Notes: generated by a model not told the origin, from the letters alone. A DNA stretch of 64,000 nt from Opitutaceae bacterium (GCA_003164715.1 PLTZ01000026.1:712-64711); one strand, 5' to 3'; counted from the first letter of the stretch, positions 35,602 to 45,296 are shown. Numbers and translations: made by a program.

Positions 35602-36549
35602 CTAGCCGGGAGGGGGTGCGGCGGAGGAGGGGGCCGGCATGCCATCCACGGTGCCCGACTCCATGACCTCCACGCGGGTGCCGTCGGGGTCGTAAGCGTT
35701 GACCTGCCGCTTCCGGTTGATCCCGGTTCTCGCCGGAGTCAGCGGCTTGCAGCCTTCCGGGAGGATTCGGCCCCTGAGCACGGCCTCGGCCGCCGTCACG
35801 CTGGGCACCTCGAGGCAGGGATGGTGGAGGATATGGAGCCGGTCCGTGTCGGGCGCGGCGCCGACCAGCATGAGTTCAAGGTAGTCCGTCCCATCCGGCA
35901 CGCGCAGGGTGACCCAGCTCAAGGTCTTTCCGTCGCTGCTTCCCCTCCACGTCTCCGCGAACCCGACGGTGTCCCTGTAGAACCTGAGGGACGCCTCAAG
36001 GTTGGCGACGACGACGCCCGCGTGGCTCATCCTTTCCGAGATGCGGGTAGGCGGGAGGAATCGGCCCTTGTTGGCCTGGGTCCACCCGCCCGGTAGGTAC
36101 TGTACGAATTCGATGATGTGGCCGTCCGGGTCCTCGGTGAAATAGTTGAGGTTTCCCACCCGCCCGGCCGGGGCGGTTGCCGGCAGGGGCCTGCCGCCGG
36201 GGCCCTTGACGCCCCGTGAGACGAGGTAGTCCAGCATGCCCTGCGCATTGTCGGTTTCGAACGCGACATGGTAGAGGCTGTCGCCGTTCCTGGGGGTCGC
36301 CTCGCTTATGGGAAATAGCTCCAGCGACTGGCGGTCGTTGATCTTGATGCAGGCGAGCAGCACACCCCCGTCCTTCGTCGGGAGCGTGTAGGGCTCGTCG
36401 AACCCGAGATAGCCCTTGTAGAACGCCCGCGACCGGTCGAGGTTCGCGACCCAGAGCGCGACATGCGAGAGGCCGGTGATCAGGGGCCGGCGGGGCGCGG
36501 GGGTGTCCCCGGCCGGGCAGGGGGCCGGCAACAGTGCGGCGGACGCCAT
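35602..36549 (-). CDS. VOC-family protein (tandem glyoxalase/dioxygenase domains)
   Basis: It has two VOC repeats: LSHVALWVANLDRSRAFYKGYLGFDE and MSHAGVVVANLEASLRFYRDTVGFAE. The start is taken at the ATG at 36549. The track start at 36657 would overlap the upstream gene by 74 nt. Confidence 0.75.
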   Translation of the reverse strand: MASAALLPAPCPAGDTPAPRRPLITGLSHVALWVANLDRSRAFYKGYLGFDEPYTLPTKDGGVLLACIKINDRQSLELFPISEATPRNGDSLYHVAFETDNAQGMLDYLVSRGVKGPGGRPLPATAPAGRVGNLNYFTEDPDGHIIEFVQYLPGGWTQANKGRFLPPTRISERMSHAGVVVANLEASLRFYRDTVGFAETWRGSSDGKTLSWVTLRVPDGTDYLELMLVGAAPDTDRLHILHHPCLEVPSVTAAEAVLRGRILPEGCKPLTPARTGINRKRQVNAYDPDGTRVEVMESGTVDGMPAPSSAAPPPG

Positions 36550-36583
36550 CGATACGAGGAGGCGGAGGATCCGCCGCTCCGCG

Positions 36584-37093
36584 CTAGCTCCCGTGCGCGG
36601 CCCTTTTGGACTTCCTGAGCCTGTAGCGGCTCCAGACGAGGCTTGCGACGTAGACAAGGATGACGGCGTTGACGACGAGGATCGAGAGCTTCAGCCAAGT
36701 GAAATGCCGCCAGGTCGCAAGGCATTCCTCGGGCACGAACAGCCCCGAGGAGATGACGACCATGTACTCCGCCCACCCGGCGCCGAGCCAGAGGCCGAAC
36801 CCCTCGACCAGGAGCACGGAGGCGTACAGCGCCGAGAGGATGCCGAGGTGAACGAGGGTGGACGGCTCGACAAGCCCCAGCTTATCCAGCAGGAGCACGA
36901 CGAACCGGTTCTCGGGCGAGATGCGGAAGGCCAGGACGAAATGCAGGGCGACCGCGGCGACATCCTTGTGGATCATGTCCAGGATCCCGAGGGAGAGGAA
37001 CGACAGGATGACGCCCTTCACGAGCTTCGCCGCCGCGATGAGCCGCAGGCCGATGGGGGCCTCGATCTCGGGTTTGGGTCCTTCGGTGGCCAT
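36584..37093 (-). CDS. DUF2127-like polytopic membrane protein
   Basis: ORF 36584..37147 trimmed to MATEGPKPEIEAPIGLRLIAAAKLVKGVILSFLSLGILDMIHKD. It has four predicted TM helices, a pattern reminiscent of DUF2127. Confidence 0.55.
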   Translation of the reverse strand: MATEGPKPEIEAPIGLRLIAAAKLVKGVILSFLSLGILDMIHKDVAAVALHFVLAFRISPENRFVVLLLDKLGLVEPSTLVHLGILSALYASVLLVEGFGLWLGAGWAEYMVVISSGLFVPEECLATWRHFTWLKLSILVVNAVILVYVASLVWSRYRLRKSKRAAHGS

Positions 37094-37283
37094 GGTGAGC
37101 CACCCATTCCAGCAGCGCCGGGTCCCAAGATAAAGAAGCATCCGCAATGGCGTTGCGTGGCATCGGGGTCGCGAATGGGGGCGGCGGCCCGCCGAAGGGG
37201 ATGAAGGGCGCAGGGGGATGCGCTGGGGGGAGGGGGACGACTCCCCGGCTTGTATGCCCGTCCCGGGTCCCTATCGTGCCCCA

Positions 37284-38240
37284 ATGAGACCCAGGGTCGT
37301 CGTCGTCGGCAGCTTTGTGCAGGACCTCACCTGGAAGTGCGCCCAGTTCCCACGCGCGGGGGAGACCGTGATCGGCACGTTCGTGACCGGCCCGGGCGGG
37401 AAGGGCTCGAACCAGGCGGTGGCCTGCGCCCGCGCGGGCGTGCCGACCCTCTTCGTCGGGGCCGTCGGCCGCGACGTCTTCGCGGACGGGGCGCGCAGGT
37501 TCTACAGGGCCGAGGGCATCGGCGCGCGCTTTGTCGTTAAGCCCCGCCACGCGACCGGCACCGCCGCCATCTTTGTCGACTCCGAGGCTCAGAACGAGAT
37601 CATCGTCGCCCTCGGGGCCAGCGCGCAGCTTCGGCCCCGGGACGTCGACCCCGGCCTGATCCGGGGCGCGAAGGTCCTGGTCTGCCAGCATGAGGCGAGC
37701 CTCACGGTCAACGCGCACGCCTTCCGCGCGGCCCGCCGCGCCGGGGCCACGACGGTCCTCAATCCCGCGCCCATGCGGGCCGACTTCGACCCCGCGATCC
37801 TCGAGCTGACCGACGTGCTGATTCCCAACGAATCCGAGTTCGTCGCCCTGGTGAACCGTTTGGGCGGGCGGTCCGCCGGCCTCGAGGAGTCGGCGCTCGC
37901 GGCCCTCGCTCCGGAGGACCTGCACCGGCTCTGCCGCGCGCTGGCCGTCCCGTCGGTCATCGTCACCCTCGGCCGCCGCGGCTGCTTTGTGTCGCTCACG
38001 GGCGGAAGCCACACGCACCTTGCCGGGCACGGCGGCCTGAAGGTTGTCGACACCACGGGGGCAGGGGACGCGTTCATCGGCGGCTTCGCCGCCGGTCTCG
38101 TGCGCTACGGCGGGGACGTGCTCGCCGCGGCGCGGCAGGCCAACGCGGTCGCGGCCCTGTCCGTCACGAGGTTCGGCACCGCGCCGTCCATGCCCCGGGA
38201 GGCGCAAATCCGCCGCTTCCTGCTGTGCAGGAGCGCCTGA
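37284..38240 (+). CDS. rbsK: Ribokinase (PfkB family)
   Basis: ORF 37218..38240 trimmed to the ATG at 37284 (MRPRVVVVGSF). PfkB signature 1 is GPGGKGSNQAVA and signature 2 is VVDTTGAGDAFIGGF. The 479 aa antisense ORF is treated as spurious. Confidence 0.8.
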   Translation: MRPRVVVVGSFVQDLTWKCAQFPRAGETVIGTFVTGPGGKGSNQAVACARAGVPTLFVGAVGRDVFADGARRFYRAEGIGARFVVKPRHATGTAAIFVDSEAQNEIIVALGASAQLRPRDVDPGLIRGAKVLVCQHEASLTVNAHAFRAARRAGATTVLNPAPMRADFDPAILELTDVLIPNESEFVALVNRLGGRSAGLEESALAALAPEDLHRLCRALAVPSVIVTLGRRGCFVSLTGGSHTHLAGHGGLKVVDTTGAGDAFIGGFAAGLVRYGGDVLAAARQANAVAALSVTRFGTAPSMPREAQIRRFLLCRSA

Positions 38241-38336
38241 CGGGCGGACGCGGGATCCCTGCAATTTATGCACGGTGTTCGCCCATAAACGCGCAGCGGG
38301 GAAGCGCCGCCGCGGGCACAATCAACACGTCTGTAC

Positions 38337-39251
38337 ATGCATGCGATCATCCAGGATACACCGGGCCGCGGCCCGCCTCCGTCGGCGGACGCCGTCCGGC
38401 TGTGCCTGCGCCGGCTCCTCAACACCAGCGTGCGGGCCTACCGCCGGGACCTCGCGAACTGCCGGCGCCGGCTGTCGAAACGGTCGATCCACGAGCTGCG
38501 GATCGCCATCCGCAGGCTTCTGGTATGCCTGAGGCTCGTCGGGGTTGCGCAGAAGGAGCCGCCGGGCGTGAGCGCCTTGCTGCGGCTCCAGCTCAAGGCC
38601 CTCGGGGAGGTGCGCGACACCCAGGTCCAGCTGCAGCTGATCAAGGAGGGGGCGTTCCGCCCCGCGCCCGAGATGAGGCCGCTTCGCGACCATCTTCGGC
38701 GTCGAAAGCGCCGCAGGATGAAGGCCGCCGCGCAGGTCCTGAAGTTGGACAAGGCCCTCCGGCGGTTGCAGGAGTGGCGCCCGCGCCTCGAGAAGGAGGG
38801 GCCGCGCGTCATCCCGCGCCTTCGCCGGCTGGTCGACGGCAAGATCCGAGCGGCCATCGCCTGCCTTTCGTCAATCTCGGGGTCGGACACCCCCGATTCG
38901 GAGGCCCTGCATCGCTGCAGGGTGCTCTCGAGGGAGTGCGGCTACATCGTCGAGGCGCTCCAGCCGTGCTGGCGGGGGGATCCGGCCGGCGAACTGCTCT
39001 CAAGCCTGCGGGCCCGGCAGCAGGGGATCGGGCGTCGGCACGACCGTGAGCTGCTGCTTAGGCGGATGGTTCGCATGGTCGGTGACGGCGAGCTTCAGGC
39101 GGCGCCCGCCCGCCGGTTCGGGGAGACGCTTCTTTCGGAGCCCGCCAAGCGGGTGAAATCCTCATTCCTTCGGGACTGGCGGGAGGGCCTCGAGACCCTG
39201 CTCGCCCGCCGAGGCGGGCGCGGCGATTTTCGCCGTTGGCCTGGGCGCTGA
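38337..39251 (+). CDS. CHAD domain-containing protein
   Basis: 304 aa, Arg-rich and helical. It has the CHAD hallmark IHELRIAIRRL and repeated R/L-rich helices. Confidence 0.6.
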   Translation: MHAIIQDTPGRGPPPSADAVRLCLRRLLNTSVRAYRRDLANCRRRLSKRSIHELRIAIRRLLVCLRLVGVAQKEPPGVSALLRLQLKALGEVRDTQVQLQLIKEGAFRPAPEMRPLRDHLRRRKRRRMKAAAQVLKLDKALRRLQEWRPRLEKEGPRVIPRLRRLVDGKIRAAIACLSSISGSDTPDSEALHRCRVLSRECGYIVEALQPCWRGDPAGELLSSLRARQQGIGRRHDRELLLRRMVRMVGDGELQAAPARRFGETLLSEPAKRVKSSFLRDWREGLETLLARRGGRGDFRRWPGR

Positions 39252-39270
39252 ATCCGTCAACGCTTCGGCG

Positions 39271-40611
39271 ATGGACAACCAGGCCCTCTCCGTAAGGGAA
39301 AAGGTCGGCTACGGGCTGGGCGACGCGGCCAGCCACATCGTGTTCGACAACGTCATGTTCTACATGATGTTCTTCTACACGGACATCTTCGGGCTGCCGG
39401 CGGGCTTTGTCGGGGCCATGTTCCTGATCGCGCGCGGGTTGGACGCGGCGAGCGATCCGGTCATGGGCTGGCTGGCGGACCAGACGCAAACCCGCTGGGG
39501 CCGGTTCCGGCCCTACATCCTGTGGGGCGCCGTGCCGTTCGGGCTGAGCTGCGTGCTCGCGTACAGCACGCCCAATCTGGGGCTGGGCGGCAAGATGGTC
39601 TTCGCCGCGTTCACTTACCCGCTGCTGACGCTCATGTACACCGTCGTCAACATCCCGTACTGCGCGCTGGGCGGCGTCATCACGGCGGACGACACTCAGC
39701 GCATCACCCTGCAGGCCTACCGTTTCGTGCTGGCGACGGCGGGCGGGATGCTCAGCACGGTCCTCATGGTGCCGCTGGCGGGCTGGATCGGCGGGACCAA
39801 CAGGGCCCTGGGCTACCAGGGGGCTATCGCGGTGCTGGCCGTCGCCGCCGCCGCCATGCTGATCGTCTGCTTCGCAACGACGAGGGAGCGGGTCGTCCCC
39901 AAGAAGGCGGCGGCGGCCTCGTTCTGGGCCGACGTGAGGGACATCGCGAGGAACGACCAGTGGCGGATCGTCGGCGTCCTGACGATCCTCAACATCCTCG
40001 GGGTCGCGACGCGCGGCGGCGCGATGATGTACTACGTGACCTACATCATGGGGAGCGCGGGGCTCTTCACGGCGTTCCTGGCGACCTACTCGGTCGGGAA
40101 CATCGCGGGGTGCCTGCTGACTAAGCCGCTCACCGACCGCTTCTGCAAGGTGAGCGTCTACGCGTGGACCAATCTCGCCCTGGCGGCGCTCAGCGTGGCC
40201 ATGTTCTTCGTCCCCCTGCAGCAGCGGACGCTCATGTTCGCCCTCATCGCGGTCATCGGCGTCCTCCACCAGATGATCACCCCGATCCAGTGGGTCATGA
40301 TGTCTGACACCGTCGACTACGGCGAATGCAGGCAGGGCAGGCGGCTCACCGGGGTCAGCTTCGCCGGCACGCTGTTCGTGCTCAAGCTGGGGCTGGCGAT
40401 CAGCGGGGCGGCGATCGGCTGGGCGCTCGCGGCCTGCGGCTACGTGCCGGCCGGGGCGACCCAGTCGCCGCAGACGCTGCGCTGCATCATCGCGCTGTTC
40501 ACCCTATTTCCCGCCGCCTGCTACGCCCTAAGCGCCCTGGTGACGCGTAGCTACCGCCTTCGCCGCACCGAGATGCGCGCCATCGCTGAGACGCTGGGCG
40601 CTGGTGCCTAG
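39271..40611 (+). CDS. Glycoside-pentoside-hexuronide (GPH):cation symporter, MFS
   Basis: The N-terminal GPH signature is KVGYGLGDAASHIVFDNVMFYMMFFYTDIFGL...RGLDAASDPVMGWLADQTQTRWGRFRP. It has 12 TM-like segments. Confidence 0.85.
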   Translation: MDNQALSVREKVGYGLGDAASHIVFDNVMFYMMFFYTDIFGLPAGFVGAMFLIARGLDAASDPVMGWLADQTQTRWGRFRPYILWGAVPFGLSCVLAYSTPNLGLGGKMVFAAFTYPLLTLMYTVVNIPYCALGGVITADDTQRITLQAYRFVLATAGGMLSTVLMVPLAGWIGGTNRALGYQGAIAVLAVAAAAMLIVCFATTRERVVPKKAAAASFWADVRDIARNDQWRIVGVLTILNILGVATRGGAMMYYVTYIMGSAGLFTAFLATYSVGNIAGCLLTKPLTDRFCKVSVYAWTNLALAALSVAMFFVPLQQRTLMFALIAVIGVLHQMITPIQWVMMSDTVDYGECRQGRRLTGVSFAGTLFVLKLGLAISGAAIGWALAACGYVPAGATQSPQTLRCIIALFTLFPAACYALSALVTRSYRLRRTEMRAIAETLGAGA

Positions 40612-40743
40612 GCCGTTACGGCGTGCGGAAAGGGCGCGGGCCCGGAAATTGGCAATAACTTCGGATTGCCGACGGGCGGGATTAATGTTCTCTCAACCCG
40701 GTTACGCGGCTCGGGTGGCAACCCCTTTGGCCCGCAGTCTCCA

Positions 40744-41031
40744 ATGAACGACGACCAGACAAAATTCACGCGCCTCAGGAAGTATGAGGCAAGGGAGAGG
40801 CGCCATCGGATCGCCGGCGTGATCTTCAACGGCCTCGTCCTCTTCATGATCTGGCTGCTGTACAAGGAGGATTTTGACCAGAACCGGTTCGTCGTGCGGG
40901 ACGCGTTCCACCGCCTGAAGTTCCTGTTCGTCTCCATGGGCCTCCTGGCGACCTTCGTCACGACGCTCCTCCTCGCGTTCCGCCTGAACAAGGTCGAGAG
41001 GGAGCACGACAAGACGGAGCCGGACCTCTGA
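40744..41031 (+). CDS. Small two-TM membrane protein, hypothetical
   Basis: ORF 40666..41031 trimmed to the ATG at 40744 (MNDDQTKFTRLRKYEARERRHRIAGVIFNGLVLFMIWLLY...MGLLATFVTTLLLAF). GC is visibly lower than in the neighbouring genes. Confidence 0.4.
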   Translation: MNDDQTKFTRLRKYEARERRHRIAGVIFNGLVLFMIWLLYKEDFDQNRFVVRDAFHRLKFLFVSMGLLATFVTTLLLAFRLNKVEREHDKTEPDL

Positions 41032-41094
41032 CGGCCAGGTTACGGGGCCGCCGGCGGATGCCGCTGCGGGCTCCCGCTCCGGAGACACACCGCT

Positions 41095-42273
41095 ATGACC
41101 CGCCGCAACCCCACCGCAGGCCGTGTCGACACCCCGTGGCGCGCCGCGGGAATCGCGCTTGGCGCCTCACTCGTCGCCCTGGTCGCGGGCTGCGCCACAC
41201 GCCCGGGCGGGACGACAGGCTCGCCCGGCTTTGTCCTGGGAGCCGACATCTCGGCGTTGGACTCGCCCTGGCGTCCCGGGCCTGAGGGGACCCGGATCTA
41301 CCGGGACCACGGCGTCCCGAGCGACGAGCTCACGATCCTCAGGGCCCATGGCTGGACGGCCTTTCGGGTCCGCGTGTTCGTCCCGCCGGTCCGGAAGGCC
41401 CCCAACAACACGCTTGAGGCGGCGCTGCCGCTGGCCCGGCGGATCAAGGCTGCGAACGCGACCTTCCTCCTGGACATCCACCTGTCAGACACGTGGGCCG
41501 ACCCCGGTCACCAGGAGACGCCGGTGGCGTGGAGAGGCCTGGACATCGACGGCCTCGAGCGGCAGGTCGAGGCGTACTGCTACGACACCGTCAAACGGCT
41601 CAAGGATGCGGGCGCGATGCCCGACTGGGTGCAGGTCGGCAACGAGATCACCCGGGGGACGCTCTGGCCGACGGCCGAGCTCAAGGTCCCCGGCTCCCCG
41701 GAGTTCAGCGTGCCCGGGCCCTACGACGAGGCGAGGCAGTGGGACCACCTTGCGCGGGTGCTCAAGGCGGGCATCCGGGGCGTGATGAGGGCGGCGGGCT
41801 CCACGCCGCCGCGCATCGCGATCCACATCGACAAGGGCGCGAGCTGGGCCGTCACGCAGTGGTTCTTCGACCACCTGAACGACGCGCACGTCCCGTACGA
41901 CATCATCGCCGAGAGCTTCTACCCCGAATGGGCCCACGGCACGCTCGAGCAGGTCTGGGACAACATGAACCGGTGCGCCGAGCGCTATCGCAAGGATTTC
42001 CTGGTCGTCGAGACCGGCTACGGCCGCTCGCACCTGCAGGACAACCCGTGCATGCTCTGGCCGGTGACGCCCGAGGGCCGGCTGCAGTACATGGCGGACA
42101 TCGTGAACACCGTGAGAAAGGCGCCGCGCGGGATCGGCGTCATGTACTGGGCCCCGGAGTGGGAGGCGTGGAACGAGGACGGAAGCCCGGGCCCCGTGGT
42201 CTCGGTGATGGATCGCCTTGAGGCCCTCACGAGCCGCCCGGCGAGCCGCGCGCCGGCCCCCGTCAATCCGTGA
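41095..42273 (+). CDS. Arabinogalactan endo-beta-1,4-galactanase (GH53), lipoprotein
   Basis: Lipobox LVAGC. GH53 blocks are GADISALD, LDIHLSDTWADPGHQETPVAW, VQVGNEITRGTLWP (acid/base Glu), AESFYPEW and LVVETGY (nucleophile Glu). Confidence 0.8.
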   Translation: MTRRNPTAGRVDTPWRAAGIALGASLVALVAGCATRPGGTTGSPGFVLGADISALDSPWRPGPEGTRIYRDHGVPSDELTILRAHGWTAFRVRVFVPPVRKAPNNTLEAALPLARRIKAANATFLLDIHLSDTWADPGHQETPVAWRGLDIDGLERQVEAYCYDTVKRLKDAGAMPDWVQVGNEITRGTLWPTAELKVPGSPEFSVPGPYDEARQWDHLARVLKAGIRGVMRAAGSTPPRIAIHIDKGASWAVTQWFFDHLNDAHVPYDIIAESFYPEWAHGTLEQVWDNMNRCAERYRKDFLVVETGYGRSHLQDNPCMLWPVTPEGRLQYMADIVNTVRKAPRGIGVMYWAPEWEAWNEDGSPGPVVSVMDRLEALTSRPASRAPAPVNP

Positions 42274-42479
42274 TGCCCCGCGGGGCGCATGAAGGCGTCC
42301 GCACCAGGCTGACGGCCCCGCCGCACACTGAAGCGCGCCCCCTTTAGGCCTGCAAAAAATGCACGATGTTGGTCCAAAAACGCGGAGCCGTGGCGCGCCT
42401 GAGGGCCTACACTTCGCTCGCCCGAACCCGCTGCGCGTGCGCCCGCGCCGGATCCGCGGCCGAACCCCCTTTCGATCCG

Positions 42480-45296
42480 ATGAAGCCATTTCACGATGGG
42501 CGCCTCGTGGTCATCGCGGCCCTTGCGGCGGCGGGATCCGGGTGCATTGCCTCGGCCGCCGCGCGCAGGGACCCCGTGTTTCCTACGGCGTCAGTCGTGG
42601 CGAACCAGCCGATGGGGGTGGCCAAGGGAATCTACCCCGGCCGGGTGGTCTGGGTCCATGATCCGACCGCCGTCAACCAGGCCTGCGTCGTGGACGCCCC
42701 GGGCCACGGGTGGTACCTGAGCGAGAACAACAACCAGGCGGTGATCGACGGGATGGTCTCGATGGCGCTTCGGAACCTCGCCGGGAGCAACAGCGACGCC
42801 GGCGCCTGGGACGCGATCCTCAGGTACCACAACGCGGCCCGCGGAAAGGGGGCAGTGGGGTACACGAGCGGCGAGAAGGTCTTCATCAAGATCAACGCCA
42901 CGAGCGCGTGGGACGGGAATTTCGACCCGGTGGAGCTCACCCCCGACGCCTACATCTCGGAGACCTCCATGGGGCCGGTCCTGAGCGTCCTGCGCCAGCT
43001 GGTCGGCGTCGTCGGCGTGAGCCAGCAGGACATCTACGTCGGCGACCCCATGAAGCACATCTACAAGCACCTCTACGATGTCTGGCACGGGGAGTTCCCG
43101 GGGGTCCACTACCTCGACAACGGCGGCTACGAGAGCCTCGGCCGGGAGTCCGTGGTGCCCAGCACGACGGCCATCATCCACTACTCCGACCGGGGAACGA
43201 TCCTCATGACCGACCCCGGTGACCAGCCGGTCAACCAGGACTACCTCTACACGGTCTTCGAGGACGCGGAGTATCTGATCAACATCCCGATGCTCAAGGG
43301 GCACATGCGGGCCGGGATGACGATGTTCGCCAAGAACCACTTCGGCTCGCAGACTCGCGTCGACGCTTCCCACCTGCACGGCGGGCTCGTGGCCCCCGCC
43401 GAGGCGCCCAACGTGACGCGGGGCACGTACGGGCTGTACCGGGTCCAGGTGGACATCCTGGGGCATTCGCTCCTCGGCGGGAAGAACCTCGTCTACCTGA
43501 TGGACGCCCTGTGGGCGACCGACTACGAGCTGGACGTCCCCCTCAAGTGGCAGATGCCGCCTTTCAACAATGGCTATTCGGCGTCGCTCTTCGCTTCGCT
43601 CGACCCGGTTGCGATCGAGTCGGTCGGCTACGATTTCCTGCGCTCGGAGTTCACGGCGGAGCGCGTCCCCGCCGCCGGCACATATGTGCAGATGCCGGCC
43701 GTGGACGACTACCTCCGCCAGGCCGCGGACTCCGCGAACTGGCCGGTCACGATCATGTACGACCCGGACAACTCCGGCCTGCCGCTCGGGAGCCTCGGCA
43801 CGCACGAGAACTGGAACAACGCCGCGAGCATGCAGTATTCAAGGAACCTCGACCCGGCGGGTACCGGCATCGAGCTCATCCAGGCCGGCCAGAACACCCG
43901 GACCGAGCGGCTCGCGGACCAGACGGCGGGCACGGGCGGCACGGCGGCGTTCTCCGTCGTGGCCATTGGGACAACCCCGCTCACCTACCAGTGGCAGCGG
44001 CAGGCGGCGGGGAGCCAGGGGTGGACCAACCTTAGCGACGGCGCGACCTACGCGGGGTCGACCACGAGCACGCTCACCGTGAGCGGTGCGGCGCTGCAGA
44101 TGAACGGCGACCAGTTCCGCTGCGTGGTCACAAGCGCAGTGGGCCCCAGCGTGACGTCGAACGCGGCCGTGCTCGACGTCGTGATCGTGCCGACGATCCT
44201 CCTGCAACCCGCCTCCTGCGCGGCGGGTGCGGGAGCCCGGGTCCTGTTCTCGGTGCTTGCGACCGACCCGAGCGCGCTCAGCTACCAGTGGCTCAAGGAC
44301 GACGCGGATATTCCTGGGGCCACGGCGGCCGTTCTCGCCCTCCCGAGCGTCGGAGCCGCAGACGCGGGGGTCTACACGGTGTACATTCGCAACGCCACGG
44401 GAGGCTCGATCACCACTGCCGGTGCCGTGCTTGCGGTGAGCGCCCAGGCGTTCGCGGCGCCCCCATCGGCGCTAACCAACATCTCGACCCGCGCCCAGGT
44501 CGGCACGGGCGCCGGAATCATGATCGCGGGCTTTGTCGTGGGCGGGACCGGCGCCAAACCGCTTCTCATCCGCGCTGTCGGACCGGCCCTCACGGGCTTC
44601 GACCCCGTGGGCCTGAACGCCGGCGTGGTGCTCGCCAACCCCGTGCTTCAGCTCACCAAGTCCGACGGGACGGCGCTTCTTTCCAACGAGGGCTGGGGGG
44701 GCGATCCGGCCATCGCGGCCGCGGCGGCCGGCGCGGGCGCCTTTGCGCTTCCTCCGGGCAGCTCGGACGCCGCCATGGTCGTCACCCTTCCCCCGGGCGC
44801 CTACACGGCCCTCGTGACCGGCAAGAACGGAGCCACCGGAGTTGCCCTGGTGGAGGTCTACGACCTGGACACCTCGGCGGCCTCGCGCCTGGTCAACATT
44901 TCGACCCGAGTCCAGGCAGGGACCGGCGCGCACTCGCTTATCGCCGGGTTCGTGGTGGCGGGCTCTGGTGCGCGCAACGTGCTCGTTAGGGCCGTGGGGC
45001 CCTCCCTGACCCCGTTCGACCCGACCGACTTCGGGCCCGCGGTCGTGCTTGCCGACCCGCAGCTGGAGCTGACCGGGCTCAGCGGACAGGTGCTCGGGTC
45101 GAACGACGACTGGTATTCGGACAATGGCGCGGCGATCGCCGCGGCCGCCGCCGCCGTCAACGCATTCACCTTGGAAGTCGGCTCCAAGGACGCCGCCCTG
45201 CTTTCAAGCCTCGGCCCCGGAGCGTACACCCCCGTCGTCTCCGGCAAGGACGGCGGCACGGGCATCGCGCTTGTGGAGGTCTACGAGGCGCCGTGA
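42480..45296 (+). CDS. Large secreted lipoprotein: DUF362-like domain + two YQW-type Ig-like domains + two C-terminal ~130 aa modules
   Basis: ORF 42366..45296 trimmed to the ATG at 42480 (MKPFHDGRLVVIAALAAAGSGC, lipobox). It has DUF362-like blocks VFIKINATSAW and INIPMLKGHMRAGMTMFAKNHFG. Two Ig-like repeats are present (PLTYQWQRQ..., ALSYQWLKDD...GVYTVYIRN). Two tandem NISTR...LIRAVGP...GAYT...ALVEVY modules follow. Confidence 0.7.
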   Translation: MKPFHDGRLVVIAALAAAGSGCIASAAARRDPVFPTASVVANQPMGVAKGIYPGRVVWVHDPTAVNQACVVDAPGHGWYLSENNNQAVIDGMVSMALRNLAGSNSDAGAWDAILRYHNAARGKGAVGYTSGEKVFIKINATSAWDGNFDPVELTPDAYISETSMGPVLSVLRQLVGVVGVSQQDIYVGDPMKHIYKHLYDVWHGEFPGVHYLDNGGYESLGRESVVPSTTAIIHYSDRGTILMTDPGDQPVNQDYLYTVFEDAEYLINIPMLKGHMRAGMTMFAKNHFGSQTRVDASHLHGGLVAPAEAPNVTRGTYGLYRVQVDILGHSLLGGKNLVYLMDALWATDYELDVPLKWQMPPFNNGYSASLFASLDPVAIESVGYDFLRSEFTAERVPAAGTYVQMPAVDDYLRQAADSANWPVTIMYDPDNSGLPLGSLGTHENWNNAASMQYSRNLDPAGTGIELIQAGQNTRTERLADQTAGTGGTAAFSVVAIGTTPLTYQWQRQAAGSQGWTNLSDGATYAGSTTSTLTVSGAALQMNGDQFRCVVTSAVGPSVTSNAAVLDVVIVPTILLQPASCAAGAGARVLFSVLATDPSALSYQWLKDDADIPGATAAVLALPSVGAADAGVYTVYIRNATGGSITTAGAVLAVSAQAFAAPPSALTNISTRAQVGTGAGIMIAGFVVGGTGAKPLLIRAVGPALTGFDPVGLNAGVVLANPVLQLTKSDGTALLSNEGWGGDPAIAAAAAGAGAFALPPGSSDAAMVVTLPPGAYTALVTGKNGATGVALVEVYDLDTSAASRLVNISTRVQAGTGAHSLIAGFVVAGSGARNVLVRAVGPSLTPFDPTDFGPAVVLADPQLELTGLSGQVLGSNDDWYSDNGAAIAAAAAAVNAFTLEVGSKDAALLSSLGPGAYTPVVSGKDGGTGIALVEVYEAP
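44472..45293 (+). repeat. Tandem duplication of a ~133 aa protein module (copy 1 at 44472-44870, copy 2 at 44889-45293); third copy at 34209-34592
   Basis: Copy 1 reads LTNISTRAQVGTGAGIMIAGFVVGGTGAKPLLIRAVGPAL...PPGAYTALVTGKNGATGVALVEVYDLD. Copy 2 reads LVNISTRVQAGTGAHSLIAGFVVAGSGARNVLVRAVGPSL...GPGAYTPVVSGKDGGTGIALVEVYEAP. The copy in gene 33489..34595 reads LGNLSTRGFVGTGQNILIGGFVIQGGPKLVLIRVLGPGL...EAGAYTTVVTGASGDTGTALVEAYEV. Confidence 0.65.

Noticed and set aside
35150-35650. tmRNA, SRP RNA or a riboswitch as the identity of the structured RNA.
   Set aside because: I found none of the following on either strand:
- a tRNA-like 3' end (T-arm plus CCA) or an alanine-rich tag ORF for tmRNA
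- a GGAA-tetraloop / AGCA domain IV arrangement for SRP RNA
- a B12-box or other riboswitch core

The RNase-P-like blocks are the best, though imperfect, match.
36882-38321. A 479 aa minus-strand ORF.
   Set aside because: It is antisense to the ribokinase gene, which has both PfkB signatures. It also overlaps the DUF2127-like gene out of frame.
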